This document shows, piece by piece, positions 56,153 through 57,069 of a stretch of DNA of 57,069 bases. Origin of the DNA: a virus (lineage: Duplodnaviria > Caudoviricetes); IMG/VR virus record IMGVR_UViG_3300022181_000120, positions 1-57,069 of that record. One strand, given 5' to 3'. The first letter of the stretch is position 1. The number at the start of each line of letters is the position of its first letter. The notes under the pieces are model-generated. The model was not told the origin of the DNA. It saw only the letters and a list, made by a program, of their open reading frames with translations, and did no database searches. Both the position numbers and the translations under genes were made by a program.

Positions 56153-57069
56153 TGAAGTTATTCAACCGGGACAAGCCTCGTATCTGTGAGGCTGTCCCTT
56201 TCATATATGACTACGCTCGAAGGAGTAAGCGGAGCGACGCTTACAAAAGAACGTATAGATGTATCGCCAAGAAGTTGGAGGATTACGAGAAAAGCAGAGG
56301 GGTAAGAGTATGCTCCAATACCTTTACCGATTCTGTGGCGGAAGATTTTATAGTTTTCATGAAAGACAAAAACCTGATGCTTAATACTGTTTCGTCTGAC
56401 TTTGATAAGTTGTCTTTCATGTTTAGAAAGATGGGCAAAAGAAATTATGAAGTGGACTGGTCGTTCGAGGATGTCAGGCCGGGAACAGAAGATACGGTAA
56501 ATGTATCTATCACAAGCGAAGAGATAGAGAGGATATACCACATGCCAATAAGGGCTAAAGAGAGAGAAATAGTCCGTGATATGTTCGTAGCGAACTGTCT
56601 GATCGGAATGAGGTTTGGTGATTTCTCGAAGCTCACGAATGACAATATTAAAAATGGCTTCATCTTTAGAAAAACGAAAAAGACAGGGGAGCCGGTTCAG
56701 GTTCCTATACATAGAATCGTCAAGGAGATACTGGATAAATACCACGGTTTCCCTCCTTACGATAAGTCGCAGCAAAATTACAATAAGATCATAAAAAACA
56801 TATGTAAGCAGGCAGGGATTACTGATAAGGTATTATGGGAGCGCACTGTTGGTCACAAGGTCGTACGGAAGACGTACAAGAGATATGAGCTTGTGAGTAG
56901 CCATACCGCACGCAGAAGTTTTGCGACTAATGCTTATTTAGCTGGCATTCCTGTAGCTCGCATTATGTTAATCACAGGCCATAAAACAGAATCGTCGTTT
57001 TTCATGTATATTAAAATTGCGAAGTCGGAGAATGCAAAGGAATTATCAGAGCATCCATTTTTCAAATAA
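56149..57069 (+). CDS. Second tyrosine recombinase (lacks an arm-binding domain)
   Basis: GMRFGD, KTKKTG, SHTARRSFATN, ITGHKTE..F..YI. Confidence 0.92.
   Translation: MMKLFNRDKPRICEAVPFIYDYARRSKRSDAYKRTYRCIAKKLEDYEKSRGVRVCSNTFTDSVAEDFIVFMKDKNLMLNTVSSDFDKLSFMFRKMGKRNYEVDWSFEDVRPGTEDTVNVSITSEEIERIYHMPIRAKEREIVRDMFVANCLIGMRFGDFSKLTNDNIKNGFIFRKTKKTGEPVQVPIHRIVKEILDKYHGFPPYDKSQQNYNKIIKNICKQAGITDKVLWERTVGHKVVRKTYKRYELVSSHTARRSFATNAYLAGIPVARIMLITGHKTESSFFMYIKIAKSENAKELSEHPFFK

Larger units (their letters stand above)
1389..57069. mobile_element. Temperate siphovirus prophage (right end probably just outside the window)
   Basis: Integrase, repressor/Cro, recombination, replication, terminase, portal, capsid, tail, tape measure and lysis genes in canonical order. 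Confidence 0.95.

Noticed and set aside
1533-57069. Stop-codon reassignment linked to the phage tRNAs
   Set aside because: Genes are full length and densely packed under the standard code, and no suppressor anticodon is seen

Overview
Bases 1-~1390 are host (Bacteroidales-like) chromosome: a YegP-family gene, a small ORF and a decayed DUF4143 ATPase pseudogene. From ~1389 to the end of the window lies a largely intact temperate siphovirus prophage. Its left junction looks like the duplicated 3' end of a tRNA-Gln; the right att site is not in the window. Module order: integrase, lysogeny switch, SMC-like ATPase/RecT/MBL recombination, replication initiator with iterons, accessory early genes (C5 methyltransferase, MazG-like, ASCH, YopX), a DUF488 / tRNA-like RNA cluster / MTase-Mom-like / ParB module, packaging and head genes (including a MuF-zeta-toxin fusion), a long non-contractile tail, lysis, a separately regulated small-ORF island and a second tyrosine recombinase. 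The most interesting locus is 24357-27689, where a non-canonical tRNA-Gly(TCC) that keeps the GlyRS identity elements sits just upstream of a Dam-like/Mom-like GNAT fusion and a ParB gene. This suggests a tRNA-supplied DNA-hypermodification system. Also notable are a 139-nt tRNA-shell RNA whose anticodon arm is replaced by a larger domain, and a 7-copy palindromic GGTCG-N7-(C)GAC(C/T) motif positioned just before promoter -7 boxes. All family calls come from motif recognition by eye, not from database searches.
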